The notes below the pieces were generated by a model that did not search any database, was not told the origin of the DNA, and saw only the letters and a list, made by a program, of their open reading frames with translations. The position numbers and the translations under genes were made by a program. 64,000 nt of DNA. Origin: Bacteroidales bacterium (lineage in GTDB: Bacteria; Bacteroidota; Bacteroidia; Bacteroidales; WCHB1-69). Each line of letters begins with the position of its first letter. The first letter of the stretch is position 1. Below, in pieces: positions 28,814 to 39,090 of this stretch. The stretch is from NCBI GenBank assembly GCA_017551725.1, contig JAFZKY010000037.1:18071-82070 (forward strand), written 5' to 3'.

Positions 28814-30982
28814 ATGCGAAAATCTATACTTCTTACCCTTTTGTTCGCAGCCATTTTCAGCATCGCCCGCGCCGACGGCGGCATGTGGCTGCCCCTGTTC
28901 CTGAACTACAACGAGGCTGAAATGCAGTCGCTTGGCTTTAAACTGACCGCCGAGGACGTCTATAGCGTGAACCACCACAGCATGAAGGATGCCGTGATGC
29001 TGTTCGGCGGCGGCTGCACCGGCGAGCTCATCTCCTCCCAAGGCCTGGTGCTCACCAACCACCACTGCGGCTACTCCTACGTGCAGTCGCACAGCACCAT
29101 GGAGCAGAACCACCTGCAGAACGGTTTCTGGGCCAAGGACAAAAGCGAGGAAATCCCCATGAAGGGCCTCACCGTCACCTTCCTGGTCTATATGAAGGAC
29201 GTTACCGAGCAGGTGCTGGAGGATGTCAACGACGACATTGAAGAGGCCGAGCGAGCCATCATGGTGAAAAACAGCATGGAAAAGGTGATCAAGGAGGCCA
29301 CCAAAGGCACGCACTACAAAGCCACCATCAAGCCCTTCTACTACGGCAACCAGTATTTCATGTTCGTCACGGAGACCTACAGCGATGTGCGTCTGGTGGG
29401 CGTGCCGCCCGAGAGCATCGGCAAGTTTGGCGGCGACAGCGACAACTGGATGTGGCCGCGCCACACGGGCGACTTCTCCCTCTGGCGCATCTACACCGAC
29501 AAGGATGGCAACCCGGCCCAGTATTCAGCAGACAACATCCCGATGAGACCGAAGAAATACTTCCCCATCTCCATCAAGGGCATTGAGGAGAACGACTTCA
29601 CCCTGGTATTCGGCTATCCCGGCTCCACGCAGCAGTTCCTGCTCTCCGACGGCGTGGATGTGGTGGCCAACGTGCAGAACCCCATCGCCATCGACGCTCG
29701 CACCATCCGCCTCGACGCCATGAAGCGCCAGATGAACCTCGACCCGCGCATCCGCCTCATGTACTCCGCCAAGGCCAACAGCATCTCCAACGGCTGGAAG
29801 AAATGGCAGGGCGAGAGCAAGGGCATCCGCGAGTGCAACGTCATCGCCAAGAAACAGGCCCAGGAGGCCGATTTCCAACAATGGGTCAACGCCACCCCCG
29901 AACGTCAGATGAAATACGGCAACCTCCTCAACGACATGCACCGCGTGTATGAGCGCTACGCCGAGCATGTCAACGCGAGCACCTTCATCAGCGAATGTAT
30001 CTTCGGCCCTGAAATCATCGGCAACGTGCTCCATCCCTACTATCGGCTGCTCGCGTATCCGGCAATGCAGGGCGAGAACGGCACGGTAGAGAACAACCGC
30101 GAGAAACTGCTCCAGAGCAACCAATCGTTCCGCAACAGCTATTGCCCGGCCATCGACAAGGAGGCCTTTATAGAATTGTTTACCTATTATTTCACCAAAG
30201 AGAAAAAAGAGCTCATCCCCGGCGAACTGCACAAATACGTGCTGGACGAGGCCACCGTGCGGCAGATGATGACCGACCTCTGGGACAAGCAGGCCACCAC
30301 CGCGCCCTATATCACCGACAATGATAAATTCATCCAGTTTGTCAAGAAGGCGAAACCCAGCCAGATAGCGAAAACCGCCAACTCAGAGCTGGCCAAGATC
30401 TACCGTGCCGTTTACGACCAATATGCTCAGGTGCGGAACCAATATTCGGTGGAGCACAGCCAGCTGAACGGCTACTACCGCACCTACGTCAAGGCCCTGA
30501 TGGAGAAGGACACCGCCCGCGTGTTCTATCCGGACGCCAACCTGACGCTGCGCGTGACCTACGGCCAGGTGAAGGGCTTTGAGCCCGCCGACGGCGTACA
30601 ATACAACTATTACACCACCTTGGACGGCATCATCCAGAAGGAGGATCCGGACGTGTATGACTACAAGGTGGATCCGAAGCTGAAACAGTTGTGGGAAGCA
30701 AAGGACTACGGGCGCTACGCCAACAAGAACGGCGAGTTGCCGGTGGCCTTCATCGCCAGCAACCACACCACGGGCGGCAACTCGGGCAGCCCGGTCATCA
30801 ACGCCAACGGCGAGCTCATCGGCACCAACTTCGACCGCGTGTGGGAAGGCACCATGAGCGACATCAACTACGACGTGAGCCGCTGCCGCAACATCAGCCT
30901 CGACGCACGCTATTTTCTGTTCATCGTCGATAAGTTCGCCAACGCGCACAACCTGATCGAAGAGATGGACATTGTGGAATAA
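28814..30982 (+). CDS. S46-family dipeptidyl-peptidase (DPP7/DPP11 type)
   Basis: 722 aa from ATG 28814. After the signal peptide it reads DGGMWLP, then CTGELISSQGLVLTNHHCG (His), then TTGGNSGSPV (Ser). The NFDRVWEG motif suggests the Arg-containing, acidic-P1 DPP11 type. Confidence 0.88.
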   Translation: MRKSILLTLLFAAIFSIARADGGMWLPLFLNYNEAEMQSLGFKLTAEDVYSVNHHSMKDAVMLFGGGCTGELISSQGLVLTNHHCGYSYVQSHSTMEQNHLQNGFWAKDKSEEIPMKGLTVTFLVYMKDVTEQVLEDVNDDIEEAERAIMVKNSMEKVIKEATKGTHYKATIKPFYYGNQYFMFVTETYSDVRLVGVPPESIGKFGGDSDNWMWPRHTGDFSLWRIYTDKDGNPAQYSADNIPMRPKKYFPISIKGIEENDFTLVFGYPGSTQQFLLSDGVDVVANVQNPIAIDARTIRLDAMKRQMNLDPRIRLMYSAKANSISNGWKKWQGESKGIRECNVIAKKQAQEADFQQWVNATPERQMKYGNLLNDMHRVYERYAEHVNASTFISECIFGPEIIGNVLHPYYRLLAYPAMQGENGTVENNREKLLQSNQSFRNSYCPAIDKEAFIELFTYYFTKEKKELIPGELHKYVLDEATVRQMMTDLWDKQATTAPYITDNDKFIQFVKKAKPSQIAKTANSELAKIYRAVYDQYAQVRNQYSVEHSQLNGYYRTYVKALMEKDTARVFYPDANLTLRVTYGQVKGFEPADGVQYNYYTTLDGIIQKEDPDVYDYKVDPKLKQLWEAKDYGRYANKNGELPVAFIASNHTTGGNSGSPVINANGELIGTNFDRVWEGTMSDINYDVSRCRNISLDARYFLFIVDKFANAHNLIEEMDIVE

Positions 30983-30996
30983 GCCGCTCACGCCCT

Positions 30997-32361
30997 ATGA
31001 TTTCCTTTGACAAAATAGACCAATACGACTGGCTGTACGACCTGTACATGAATTACTTGTGCGTGGCGCACAACTATATCTACTATCGTCATTTCTACAT
31101 TTTAAACAAGGAAAACATCCCGCCCAAAGGGCAGCCCACCATCGTCATCGCCAACCACCAGAACGGCCTCATGGACGCGCTGGCCATCCTCCACACCATG
31201 TTCCAGGACCGGCGACAGCCCGTCTTCATCGCGCGCGGCGACATCTTCAAGAAAGACGGCGTGGCCCGCATCCTGCGGTTCCTGAAAATCATGCCCACGT
31301 TCCGCTCGCGCGACGGCAACCGCGACGACATCCGCAGCAACCTGGCCCTCTACAACCGCGCCGCCAAGGTGCTCAAATCGGGCGGCACCCTCGTCATCTT
31401 CCCGGAGGCCACCCACCAGCACGGCCATTACATGAACACCTTCAAAAAAGGGTTCTGCCGCATCGCCTTCTCGGCGGAGGAGATCAACGACTTCAAACTC
31501 GGCGTGCAGGTGCTGCCGCTCAACATCCATTATTCCAACTACTTCAACTTCCGCAGCGACCTGATGGTCACCGTGGGGAAGCCCTTCACCTTCGAGGAGT
31601 TTTTCGAGATGTACAAGGAATCGCCCAACGAGGCATACCTGGCCCTCAACGAGAAGGCCCGTGCCCGCGTCAAGGAACTCACCCCCGACATTGACATCCC
31701 GGAGTACCTCAACGAAATCGAAGACCTCACCCAGATGATGAGCCGGCCCTACCTGAAGCGGAAAGGGCTCCGCCCGAACTTCCTCCCCAACCAGAAGGAT
31801 GCGGCCATGACCATCATCGCCAACCTGAAGCAGTTCCAAGCGGAGGATCCGGAGGCGTTCACCCAGCTGATGGACGACACGCACGAATACCACCGCCTGC
31901 TGCACGAGAACGGCCTCACCCACTGGGTCATCAACCGGAAGCCCTCCATCGTGCGACTGACGCTCCGCATCCTGGGCCTCGTGCTCCTGCTCCCGTTGTT
32001 CCTGTTCGGACTCATCAACAACTACATACCCCGCCGCCTCACCAAGATGTTCACCGACAAGGCCAAGGACCCGATGCTCACCTCCTCGTTCCAATACGTG
32101 ACGGGCACCGTCTTCACCTTCCCCATCTTTTACCTCATCCTTTTCGCCGTGGTCTGGATTGTGTCGCACAAGTTCTGGATTGCCCTTCTCTACATCCTGC
32201 TCACCTTCGCCACCGCATTCCTGGTGCATTATTACAGGATCTGGTGCCACAGACTCATCACCTTCTTCCGCGCCATGCACCTGCGCAAGACGGAAGTCTA
32301 TCAGAGGCTGTGCCGGCTCAACCGTCAGATTGTCGGCACAATGGAAAGCATTTTGCATTGA
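30997..32361 (+). CDS. Lysophospholipid/glycerol-phosphate acyltransferase (PlsC-like) with a C-terminal membrane domain
   Basis: HX4D motif NHQNGLMD, an FPEATH motif, and C-terminal TM helices. Confidence 0.78.
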   Translation: MISFDKIDQYDWLYDLYMNYLCVAHNYIYYRHFYILNKENIPPKGQPTIVIANHQNGLMDALAILHTMFQDRRQPVFIARGDIFKKDGVARILRFLKIMPTFRSRDGNRDDIRSNLALYNRAAKVLKSGGTLVIFPEATHQHGHYMNTFKKGFCRIAFSAEEINDFKLGVQVLPLNIHYSNYFNFRSDLMVTVGKPFTFEEFFEMYKESPNEAYLALNEKARARVKELTPDIDIPEYLNEIEDLTQMMSRPYLKRKGLRPNFLPNQKDAAMTIIANLKQFQAEDPEAFTQLMDDTHEYHRLLHENGLTHWVINRKPSIVRLTLRILGLVLLLPLFLFGLINNYIPRRLTKMFTDKAKDPMLTSSFQYVTGTVFTFPIFYLILFAVVWIVSHKFWIALLYILLTFATAFLVHYYRIWCHRLITFFRAMHLRKTEVYQRLCRLNRQIVGTMESILH

Positions 32362-32381
32362 TTCGCGCCCAACAGCCTCCC

Positions 32382-34304
32382 CTACTCGCTCAATTCCAGC
32401 CACTCCATTTCCTTCTCCTCCAGCTGCTGCTTGGCATCGTTGTATGCCTGATAGAGCGCACCTGAGGCAATCTCATCGGCGTAGCGGTCCGGCTGGACCA
32501 GCTTTTCTTCTATTTCAGCCACCTTCTGCTGCAACTGCTCTACCTCATCCTCCAGCTTGCGCAGACGGTTTTTCTTCTTGCGGTCGGCGGCCTCCTGTGC
32601 CTTGCGCTGCTCATAACTCTCCTTGTTGCTGGAAACAGCCTTCTCCCCATTACTGGAAGAGGCCGATGCATTGCGTTGCAACTCGTTGAGCGTCTCTATC
32701 TTGCGCTGCTGCAGAAAGTCATACACATCGCCCGTGTAGCCGCGCAGCTGCTTGTCTTTGAACTCGTAGGTCTTAGTGGAAAGCCCCTGCAGGAAATCAC
32801 GGTCGTGGGAGACCAGAATGAGACTTCCCTCATATTGCAACAAAGCGTTCTTGAGCACGTCTTTGGAGGGCATGTCCAAGTGGTTGGTAGGCTCGTCGAG
32901 GATGAGCAGGTTGAAGGGGGAAAGCAGCAGTTTCGCCAACGCCAGCCGCGCCTTCTCGCCGCCGGACAGCACCTTCACTTTCTTCTCCGTAGCCTCCGTG
33001 TCAAACAGGAAACTGCCCAGGATAGTCCGTATTTTGGGCCGGATGTCGCCCACCGCCACATCGTCAATCGTCTCAAAGACCGTCTTCTCCGGATCCAATA
33101 ACTTGGCCTGGTTTTGCGCATAATAGCCGATAACAACCTGATAGCCAAGCTCCAGTTGTCCGCCCTGCGGGGCCAGTTCGCCCACAATGGCTTTCACCAT
33201 GGTAGATTTGCCCTCACCGTTGCGACCTACAAATGCTACGCGCTCGCCACGCTCCAGATGGAAGTCAATCTTGTCCAACACATTCAACGTGCCATACCCC
33301 AGCGAGAGCTGTTTGGCATCCACTACCATACGGCCTGAGTGCGGCGCTGGCGGAAAGCGGAAAGTGATGGAGCTGCTGTCGTAGTCGTCAATCTCCACCC
33401 TATCCATCTTCTCCAGCATCTTGATACGGCTCTGCACCTGCCGGGCCTTGGTGGCCTTGTAGCGGAAACGCTCTATAAAACGCTCAATCTGCGCAATTTG
33501 CTGTTGCTGGTTTTCGTATGCAGCCTGCTGATGCTCAATGCGTTCCAAACGCTGCTCCACATATTGCGAATAGCTGCACTTGTAATCCTGGATGGTGCCG
33601 CAGGTGATCTCCACCGTGCGGTTGGTCACGCGGTCAAGGAAAGCACGGTCGTGCGAGACAAGGATAACACAGCCGTCGTAGTTGGCCAGATAATCCTCCA
33701 GCCACTGGATGGATTCAATGTCGAGATGGTTGGTGGGCTCGTCGAGGAGCACGATTTCCGGCCGCTGGAGCAGGATCTTGCTCAGGCACACGCGCATCTG
33801 CCAACCGTTGCTGAACTCGGCCATCGGACGCTGGAAGTCGCTCCGTTTGAAGCCCATGCCCACCAGCACTTTTTCCGCCTCGCCCTCCATGGTATTGCCC
33901 CCCAGATGCTGGAAGCGGTCGTTGGCGTCCGACAGTTGCTGCGCCAGCAGCGCGTACTCCTCCGACTCGTAGTCAGTGCGCACGGACAGCTCGTTGGTAA
34001 GGCGCTGTATCTTGCTTTCCAGCTGTTTCACCTCCACAAAGGCCGACATGGTCTCTTCCCACACCGTCTTATAGGAGGTTTCGGCCAGCTCCTGCGGCAG
34101 GTAGCCGGTCTTGAAGCCGGAGGTGATCACCATCGTGCCGGAGGCAGGTTCCATCTCGCGGTGGATGATTTTCAACAAGGTGGATTTGCCGGCGCCATTG
34201 TGCCCCACCAAGCCGATGCGGTCGCGGTCGCCGGCCACGAAGGATATGTCGCGGAACAGGAAGTCGCCGGTGAAATTTACAGACAGTTTATTCAGTTGGA
34301 TCAT
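32382..34304 (-). CDS. ABC-F family ATPase (two ABC cassettes, no TM domain, C-terminal coiled coil)
   Basis: Walker A motifs GHNGAGKST and GRNGEGKST; signatures FSNGWQMR and LSGGEKAR; charged C-terminal helix. Confidence 0.9.
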   Translation of the reverse strand: MIQLNKLSVNFTGDFLFRDISFVAGDRDRIGLVGHNGAGKSTLLKIIHREMEPASGTMVITSGFKTGYLPQELAETSYKTVWEETMSAFVEVKQLESKIQRLTNELSVRTDYESEEYALLAQQLSDANDRFQHLGGNTMEGEAEKVLVGMGFKRSDFQRPMAEFSNGWQMRVCLSKILLQRPEIVLLDEPTNHLDIESIQWLEDYLANYDGCVILVSHDRAFLDRVTNRTVEITCGTIQDYKCSYSQYVEQRLERIEHQQAAYENQQQQIAQIERFIERFRYKATKARQVQSRIKMLEKMDRVEIDDYDSSSITFRFPPAPHSGRMVVDAKQLSLGYGTLNVLDKIDFHLERGERVAFVGRNGEGKSTMVKAIVGELAPQGGQLELGYQVVIGYYAQNQAKLLDPEKTVFETIDDVAVGDIRPKIRTILGSFLFDTEATEKKVKVLSGGEKARLALAKLLLSPFNLLILDEPTNHLDMPSKDVLKNALLQYEGSLILVSHDRDFLQGLSTKTYEFKDKQLRGYTGDVYDFLQQRKIETLNELQRNASASSSNGEKAVSSNKESYEQRKAQEAADRKKKNRLRKLEDEVEQLQQKVAEIEEKLVQPDRYADEIASGALYQAYNDAKQQLEEKEMEWLELSE

Positions 34305-34375
34305 CTTTCTCAGTCATTTCAAAAAGCCGTCGCACCCAACAGGCCTATTCTGCGACGGGGTTCAAAAAGAGCGTG

Positions 34376-34383
34376 CAAAAGTA
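34376..34383 (-). promoter_or_regulatory. -7 box (TACTTTTG) upstream of the ABC-F gene
   Basis: GTGCAAAAGTAC on the plus strand, 72 nt upstream of ATG 34304. Confidence 0.4.
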
Positions 34384-34451
34384 CAACAAAAAGGGTGATG
34401 CCGGAGCAATCACCCTATCATTATCATAGAAAAATTTGAACGTTTCTACTG

Positions 34452-34745
34452 TTAGGCCATGCCGCCACCGCCCATCATCGGGGGCAGCGTCTGCTGGTTG
34501 TCCTCAATCATGCCGTTCTGGCTCTCAAACTTGGCCACATTGTCGGCCAAGGCATTCAGGAGACGTTTCGTGTTCTGGGGGGTCATAATAATCCTTGAGC
34601 GCACCTGACCCTTCTGCACACCGGGCATCATGGACACGAAATCCACGATAAACTCGCTGTTGGAATGGGATATGATGGCCAGATTGGAATAAACACCCTG
34701 GGAAACCTCTTCGGGCAGATTGATATCGATTTTCTGTTCAGGCAT
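34452..34745 (-). CDS. DUF3467-family small protein
   Basis: 97 aa (YSNLAIISHSNSEFIVDFVSMMPG). It starts 11 nt after the rpoC stop. Confidence 0.7.
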   Translation of the reverse strand: MPEQKIDINLPEEVSQGVYSNLAIISHSNSEFIVDFVSMMPGVQKGQVRSRIIMTPQNTKRLLNALADNVAKFESQNGMIEDNQQTLPPMMGGGGMA

Positions 34746-34756
34746 AGTTTCAAAAT

Positions 34757-37700
34757 TTACTGGTTAACACCTTCCATCAGTTCTTCCAGCTTGGAAGCCA
34801 TGAGGGATTCGTACTCTTCGCGGGAGCCAACCTCCACCGTCTGGAAGGAGCGGATACCGGTACCGGCCGGAATCTTCTGGCCCACGATAACGTTCTCCTT
34901 CATACCGATCAGGTCGTCGCTCTTCGCATTGATGGCAGCCTCCGTGAGCACCTTGGTGGTCTCCTGGAACGACGCAGCGGAAATAAAGCTGTGCGTTTGC
35001 AGAGAGGCGCGGGTGATACCTTGCAAGATGGGCTTGCCGGTAGCCGGACGCGCGTCACGCACCTGCACGAGCTTCATATCCTTACGTTTGAGGATGGAGT
35101 TGACATCACGCAACTTCTTGGCCGTGATAATCTGACCTTGGCGCACCTCTTCCGACTCGCCCGGATCTTCCACCACCTTCTTGTCCCAAATCATGTCGTT
35201 CTCATCCTGGAAGTCAATCTTGTTGATCAACTCGCCCTGGAGGAACTTGGTATCACCGGGATCCTCGATTTCCATCTTGCGCATCATCTGGCGGACAATG
35301 ACCTCGAAGTGTTTGTCATTGATCTTCACACCTTGCAGACGATACACCTCCTGGATTTCGTTGATGATGTACTCTTGCACCTTCTGGGCACCCTTGATGT
35401 TGAGGATGTCAACCGGCGTGAGTGAACCCTCGGAAAGCGGCGTACCTGCTTTCACAAAGTCGTTCTCCTGTGCCAGAATCTGTTTGGAGGTCGGGATGAG
35501 ATAGGTCTTGGCACCTTCGCCGTCGTCGTTTCTCGGCGTGATCTTCACCACACGGTTACCACGTTTGAGTTTCTTCTCGAAGGAAACCACACCGTCGATT
35601 TCGGAAACCACAGCGGGATCGGAGGGGTTACGGGCCTCGAACAACTCGGTCACACGCGGCAGACCGCCCGTGATATCGCCAGACTTGCCGAAGGAACGCA
35701 GAATCTTGACAAGGATTTCACCAGAGTCAATCTCCTGACCCTCTTCCACAGCGAGACGGGCACCGACCGGCACGTCGAAACTCTTGATCACCTCACCATT
35801 CTTATCCACGATGGAGATGCTCGGGTTCTTGGTCTTCAGACGGCTTTCGATGATCACCTTGTCGTGGATGTTGGTCTGTTCGTCCGTTTCCACACGATAG
35901 GTGACACCTTCGATAATATCGTTATAGACAACCTTACCGGCCACATCGGAGAGGATGACGGCATTGAACGGATCCCAATCGGCAATCAGGTCGCCCTTCT
36001 TGATGGCATCGCCATGTTTGAAGTAGAGATTGGAACCGTAGGGCACGTTGGAGGATGCCAACGCGATGCCGGTCTTGACATCGATAATCTTGATTTCAGC
36101 GGTACGGCCAATCACCTTGTAATAGGTCTTGCCCAGCGCGTCGGTCTTCTCCAAGGCACGAAGCTCGTCGATGCTCAACACACCGTCGTAGGATGCCTGG
36201 ATGGAACTGTTGGCGGCCACGTTACCGGCCACACCACCGACGTGGAATGTACGAAGAGTCAGCTGCGTACCAGGCTCACCGATGGACTGTGCGGCGATGA
36301 CGCCCACAGCCTCACCGATCTGGACCATCTTGCCCGTGGCTAGGTTACGACCGTAGCACTTCTGGCAGATACCGTGCTTGGCCTCACACGTGGGCACTGA
36401 ACGGATTTCCACCTCCTCGATCGGAGACTCCTCGATAATCTTGCAATATTCCTCTGTCAGCTGCTCACCAGCCTTGATGATCAGCTCACCCGTCTGCGGA
36501 TGATACACATCGTGGAGGGTGACACGGCCCAACAAGCGGTCGTAGAGTGTCTCCACCACCTCTTCGTTGTTCTTCAGTGCGCTGACGGTCATGCCGCGCA
36601 ACGTGCCGCAGTCCTCTTCCGTGATAATGACATCATGGGAGACGTCCACCAGACGACGGGTCAGATAACCAGCGTCAGCGGTCTTCAAAGCGGTATCGGC
36701 CAAACCCTTACGGGCACCATGCGTGGAGATGAAGTACTCTTGCACGGAAAGACCCTCCTTGAAGTTGGACAAAATCGGGTTCTCGATAATCTCACCACCC
36801 GTGGAACCGGCTTTACTCGGCTTGGCCATCAAACCACGCATACCGGAAAGCTGACGGATCTGCTCGGCAGAACCACGAGCTCCAGAGTCGCGCATCATGT
36901 GTACCGGATTGAAGCCCTGACGGTCGGATTCGATTTCCTTCATCAAAATCTTGGACAGACGGGCGTTGCACTGCGACCACACGTCAATGACCTGGTTGTA
37001 ACGCTCGGTGTTGGTGATGAAACCCATGTTGTAATTCATCGTGATTTCATCCACCTGGGCGTTGGCCTCGGCAATCAACTTCGGCTTCTCGGCCGGGATG
37101 ATCACGTCGCCCAAGTTGAAGGACATACCACCCTCGAAAGCCATACGGTAACCAAGCGTCATGATGTCGTCCAGGAACTGGGCACAAGCCTTGTTACCGC
37201 ATTTCAACAGCACATCGCCGATGATGTCACGCAAGGCTTTCTTGGTCAACAGCATGTTCACATAGCCGTAGTCCTTGGGAACCACCTGGTTGAACATCAC
37301 ACGACCCACCGTGGTGTCGATGATCTTGACGGTGCCTTGACCGTCCACATCCACACGGCATTTGATTTTGGCGTTCAGATGGACTTTCTTCTCATTATAG
37401 GCAATCATAACCTCTTCCGGACCGTAGAAGATGCCGCCTTCGCCCTGAACCTTATGGTCGGGGGTGGAGGGCAGTTCCTTGGTGATGTAGTACAGACCCA
37501 ACACCATGTCCTGGGAAGGCACCGTGACGGGCGCACCGTTAGCCGGGTTGAGGATGTTGTGAGAGGCCATCATCAGCATCTGGGCTTCCATAATGGCGGC
37601 ATTGCCCAGGGGCACGTGCACAGCCATCTGGTCACCGTCGAAGTCGGCGTTGAAAGCCGTACAGCACAACGGGTGCAGACGGATAGCCTTACCTTCCACC

Positions 37701-39064
37701 AAACGAGGCTGGAAGGCCTGGATACCCAGGCGGTGCAGCGTAGGAGCACGGTTCAACAACACGGGATGACCCTTCAAAATGTTTTCCAGAATCTCCCATA
37801 CAACGGGATCCTTGCGGTCCACAATCTTCTTGGCAGATTTCACCGTCTTGACAATACCTCTTTCGAGGATCTTGCGGATGACAAACGGTTTGAATAGCTC
37901 GGCAGCCATATCCTTGGGCAGACCGCACTCGTTGAGGTGCAAGTCAGGACCGACCACGATAACGGAACGTCCGGAATAGTCCACACGTTTACCGAGAAGG
38001 TTCTGACGGAAACGACCCTGCTTGCCTTTCAAGCTGTCGGAAAGGGACTTGAGGGCACGGTTGGATTCCGTCTTCACCGCGCTGGATTTCTTAGAATTGT
38101 CGAAAAGGGAATCAACAGCTTCCTGAAGCATACGTTTCTCATTACGCATAATGACATCGGGAGCCTTGATTTCGATCAGTCGTTTCAGGCGGTTGTTGCG
38201 GATGATAACCCGACGATAGAGGTCGTTCAGGTCGGAGGTGGCGAAACGGCCACCATCCAATGGAACGAGCGGACGCAAATCGGGCGGAATCACCGGAACA
38301 GTCTTGATGATCATCCATTCCGGTCTGTTCTCGGCACGCTTGCGGCTGTCGCGGAATGCCTCGAAAACGTGCAGACGCTTCAGCAGGTCTTTCTTACGCT
38401 GCTGGGAAGTCTCGCGGTTGGCACGGTCGCGCAACTCGTAGGACTCGGCATCCAGATCCACCTTGCAGAGCAGATCATAGATAGCTTCCGCACCCATCTT
38501 GGCGATGAACTTGTTGGGATCGTTCTCGTCCAGCAGACGGTTGTCGGCGGGCAGGTTGTCCACAATGTCGAAATACTCCTCTTCGGTGAGCAACGTGCTC
38601 TTCTTCACCTTGTCGCTTTCCGCCACACCGGGTTGGATGACAATGTATTTTTCATAATAGATGATAGCGTCAATGTCCTTGGAAGCCAGTCCGAGGAGGG
38701 CGCCGATCTTGTTCGGAAGGGATTTGAAAAACCAAATGTGGGCCACGGGCACAACCAGCTGGATGTGTCCCATGCGCTCGCGACGCACCTTGCGTTCCGT
38801 GACTTCCACGCCGCAACGGTCGCAGATGATGCCTTTGTAGCGGATTCTCTTATACTTGCCACAATGACATTCCCAGTCTTTGGTGGGACCGAAAATCTTT
38901 TCGCAGAACAAACCATCACGCTCGGGCTTGTAGGTCCGGTAGTTGATGGTTTCCGGCTTCAGAACCTCACCATGAGATTGTTTCAGGATGGTTTCCGGGG
39001 AAGCCAGGCTGATGGTGATCTTTTGAAATTCTTTTCTTGTATTATTGTCTTTTCTAAAAGCCAT
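34757..39064 (-). CDS. rpoC: DNA-directed RNA polymerase subunit beta'
   Basis: 1435 aa with the zinc-binding [23 protein letters not shown] and the catalytic [12 protein letters not shown]. Confidence 0.98.
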   Translation of the reverse strand: MAFRKDNNTRKEFQKITISLASPETILKQSHGEVLKPETINYRTYKPERDGLFCEKIFGPTKDWECHCGKYKRIRYKGIICDRCGVEVTERKVRRERMGHIQLVVPVAHIWFFKSLPNKIGALLGLASKDIDAIIYYEKYIVIQPGVAESDKVKKSTLLTEEEYFDIVDNLPADNRLLDENDPNKFIAKMGAEAIYDLLCKVDLDAESYELRDRANRETSQQRKKDLLKRLHVFEAFRDSRKRAENRPEWMIIKTVPVIPPDLRPLVPLDGGRFATSDLNDLYRRVIIRNNRLKRLIEIKAPDVIMRNEKRMLQEAVDSLFDNSKKSSAVKTESNRALKSLSDSLKGKQGRFRQNLLGKRVDYSGRSVIVVGPDLHLNECGLPKDMAAELFKPFVIRKILERGIVKTVKSAKKIVDRKDPVVWEILENILKGHPVLLNRAPTLHRLGIQAFQPRLVEGKAIRLHPLCCTAFNADFDGDQMAVHVPLGNAAIMEAQMLMMASHNILNPANGAPVTVPSQDMVLGLYYITKELPSTPDHKVQGEGGIFYGPEEVMIAYNEKKVHLNAKIKCRVDVDGQGTVKIIDTTVGRVMFNQVVPKDYGYVNMLLTKKALRDIIGDVLLKCGNKACAQFLDDIMTLGYRMAFEGGMSFNLGDVIIPAEKPKLIAEANAQVDEITMNYNMGFITNTERYNQVIDVWSQCNARLSKILMKEIESDRQGFNPVHMMRDSGARGSAEQIRQLSGMRGLMAKPSKAGSTGGEIIENPILSNFKEGLSVQEYFISTHGARKGLADTALKTADAGYLTRRLVDVSHDVIITEEDCGTLRGMTVSALKNNEEVVETLYDRLLGRVTLHDVYHPQTGELIIKAGEQLTEEYCKIIEESPIEEVEIRSVPTCEAKHGICQKCYGRNLATGKMVQIGEAVGVIAAQSIGEPGTQLTLRTFHVGGVAGNVAANSSIQASYDGVLSIDELRALEKTDALGKTYYKVIGRTAEIKIIDVKTGIALASSNVPYGSNLYFKHGDAIKKGDLIADWDPFNAVILSDVAGKVVYNDIIEGVTYRVETDEQTNIHDKVIIESRLKTKNPSISIVDKNGEVIKSFDVPVGARLAVEEGQEIDSGEILVKILRSFGKSGDITGGLPRVTELFEARNPSDPAVVSEIDGVVSFEKKLKRGNRVVKITPRNDDGEGAKTYLIPTSKQILAQENDFVKAGTPLSEGSLTPVDILNIKGAQKVQEYIINEIQEVYRLQGVKINDKHFEVIVRQMMRKMEIEDPGDTKFLQGELINKIDFQDENDMIWDKKVVEDPGESEEVRQGQIITAKKLRDVNSILKRKDMKLVQVRDARPATGKPILQGITRASLQTHSFISAASFQETTKVLTEAAINAKSDDLIGMKENVIVGQKIPAGTGIRSFQTVEVGSREEYESLMASKLEELMEGVNQ

Positions 39065-39090
39065 AATATACGATATGATTTTTAATTGTC

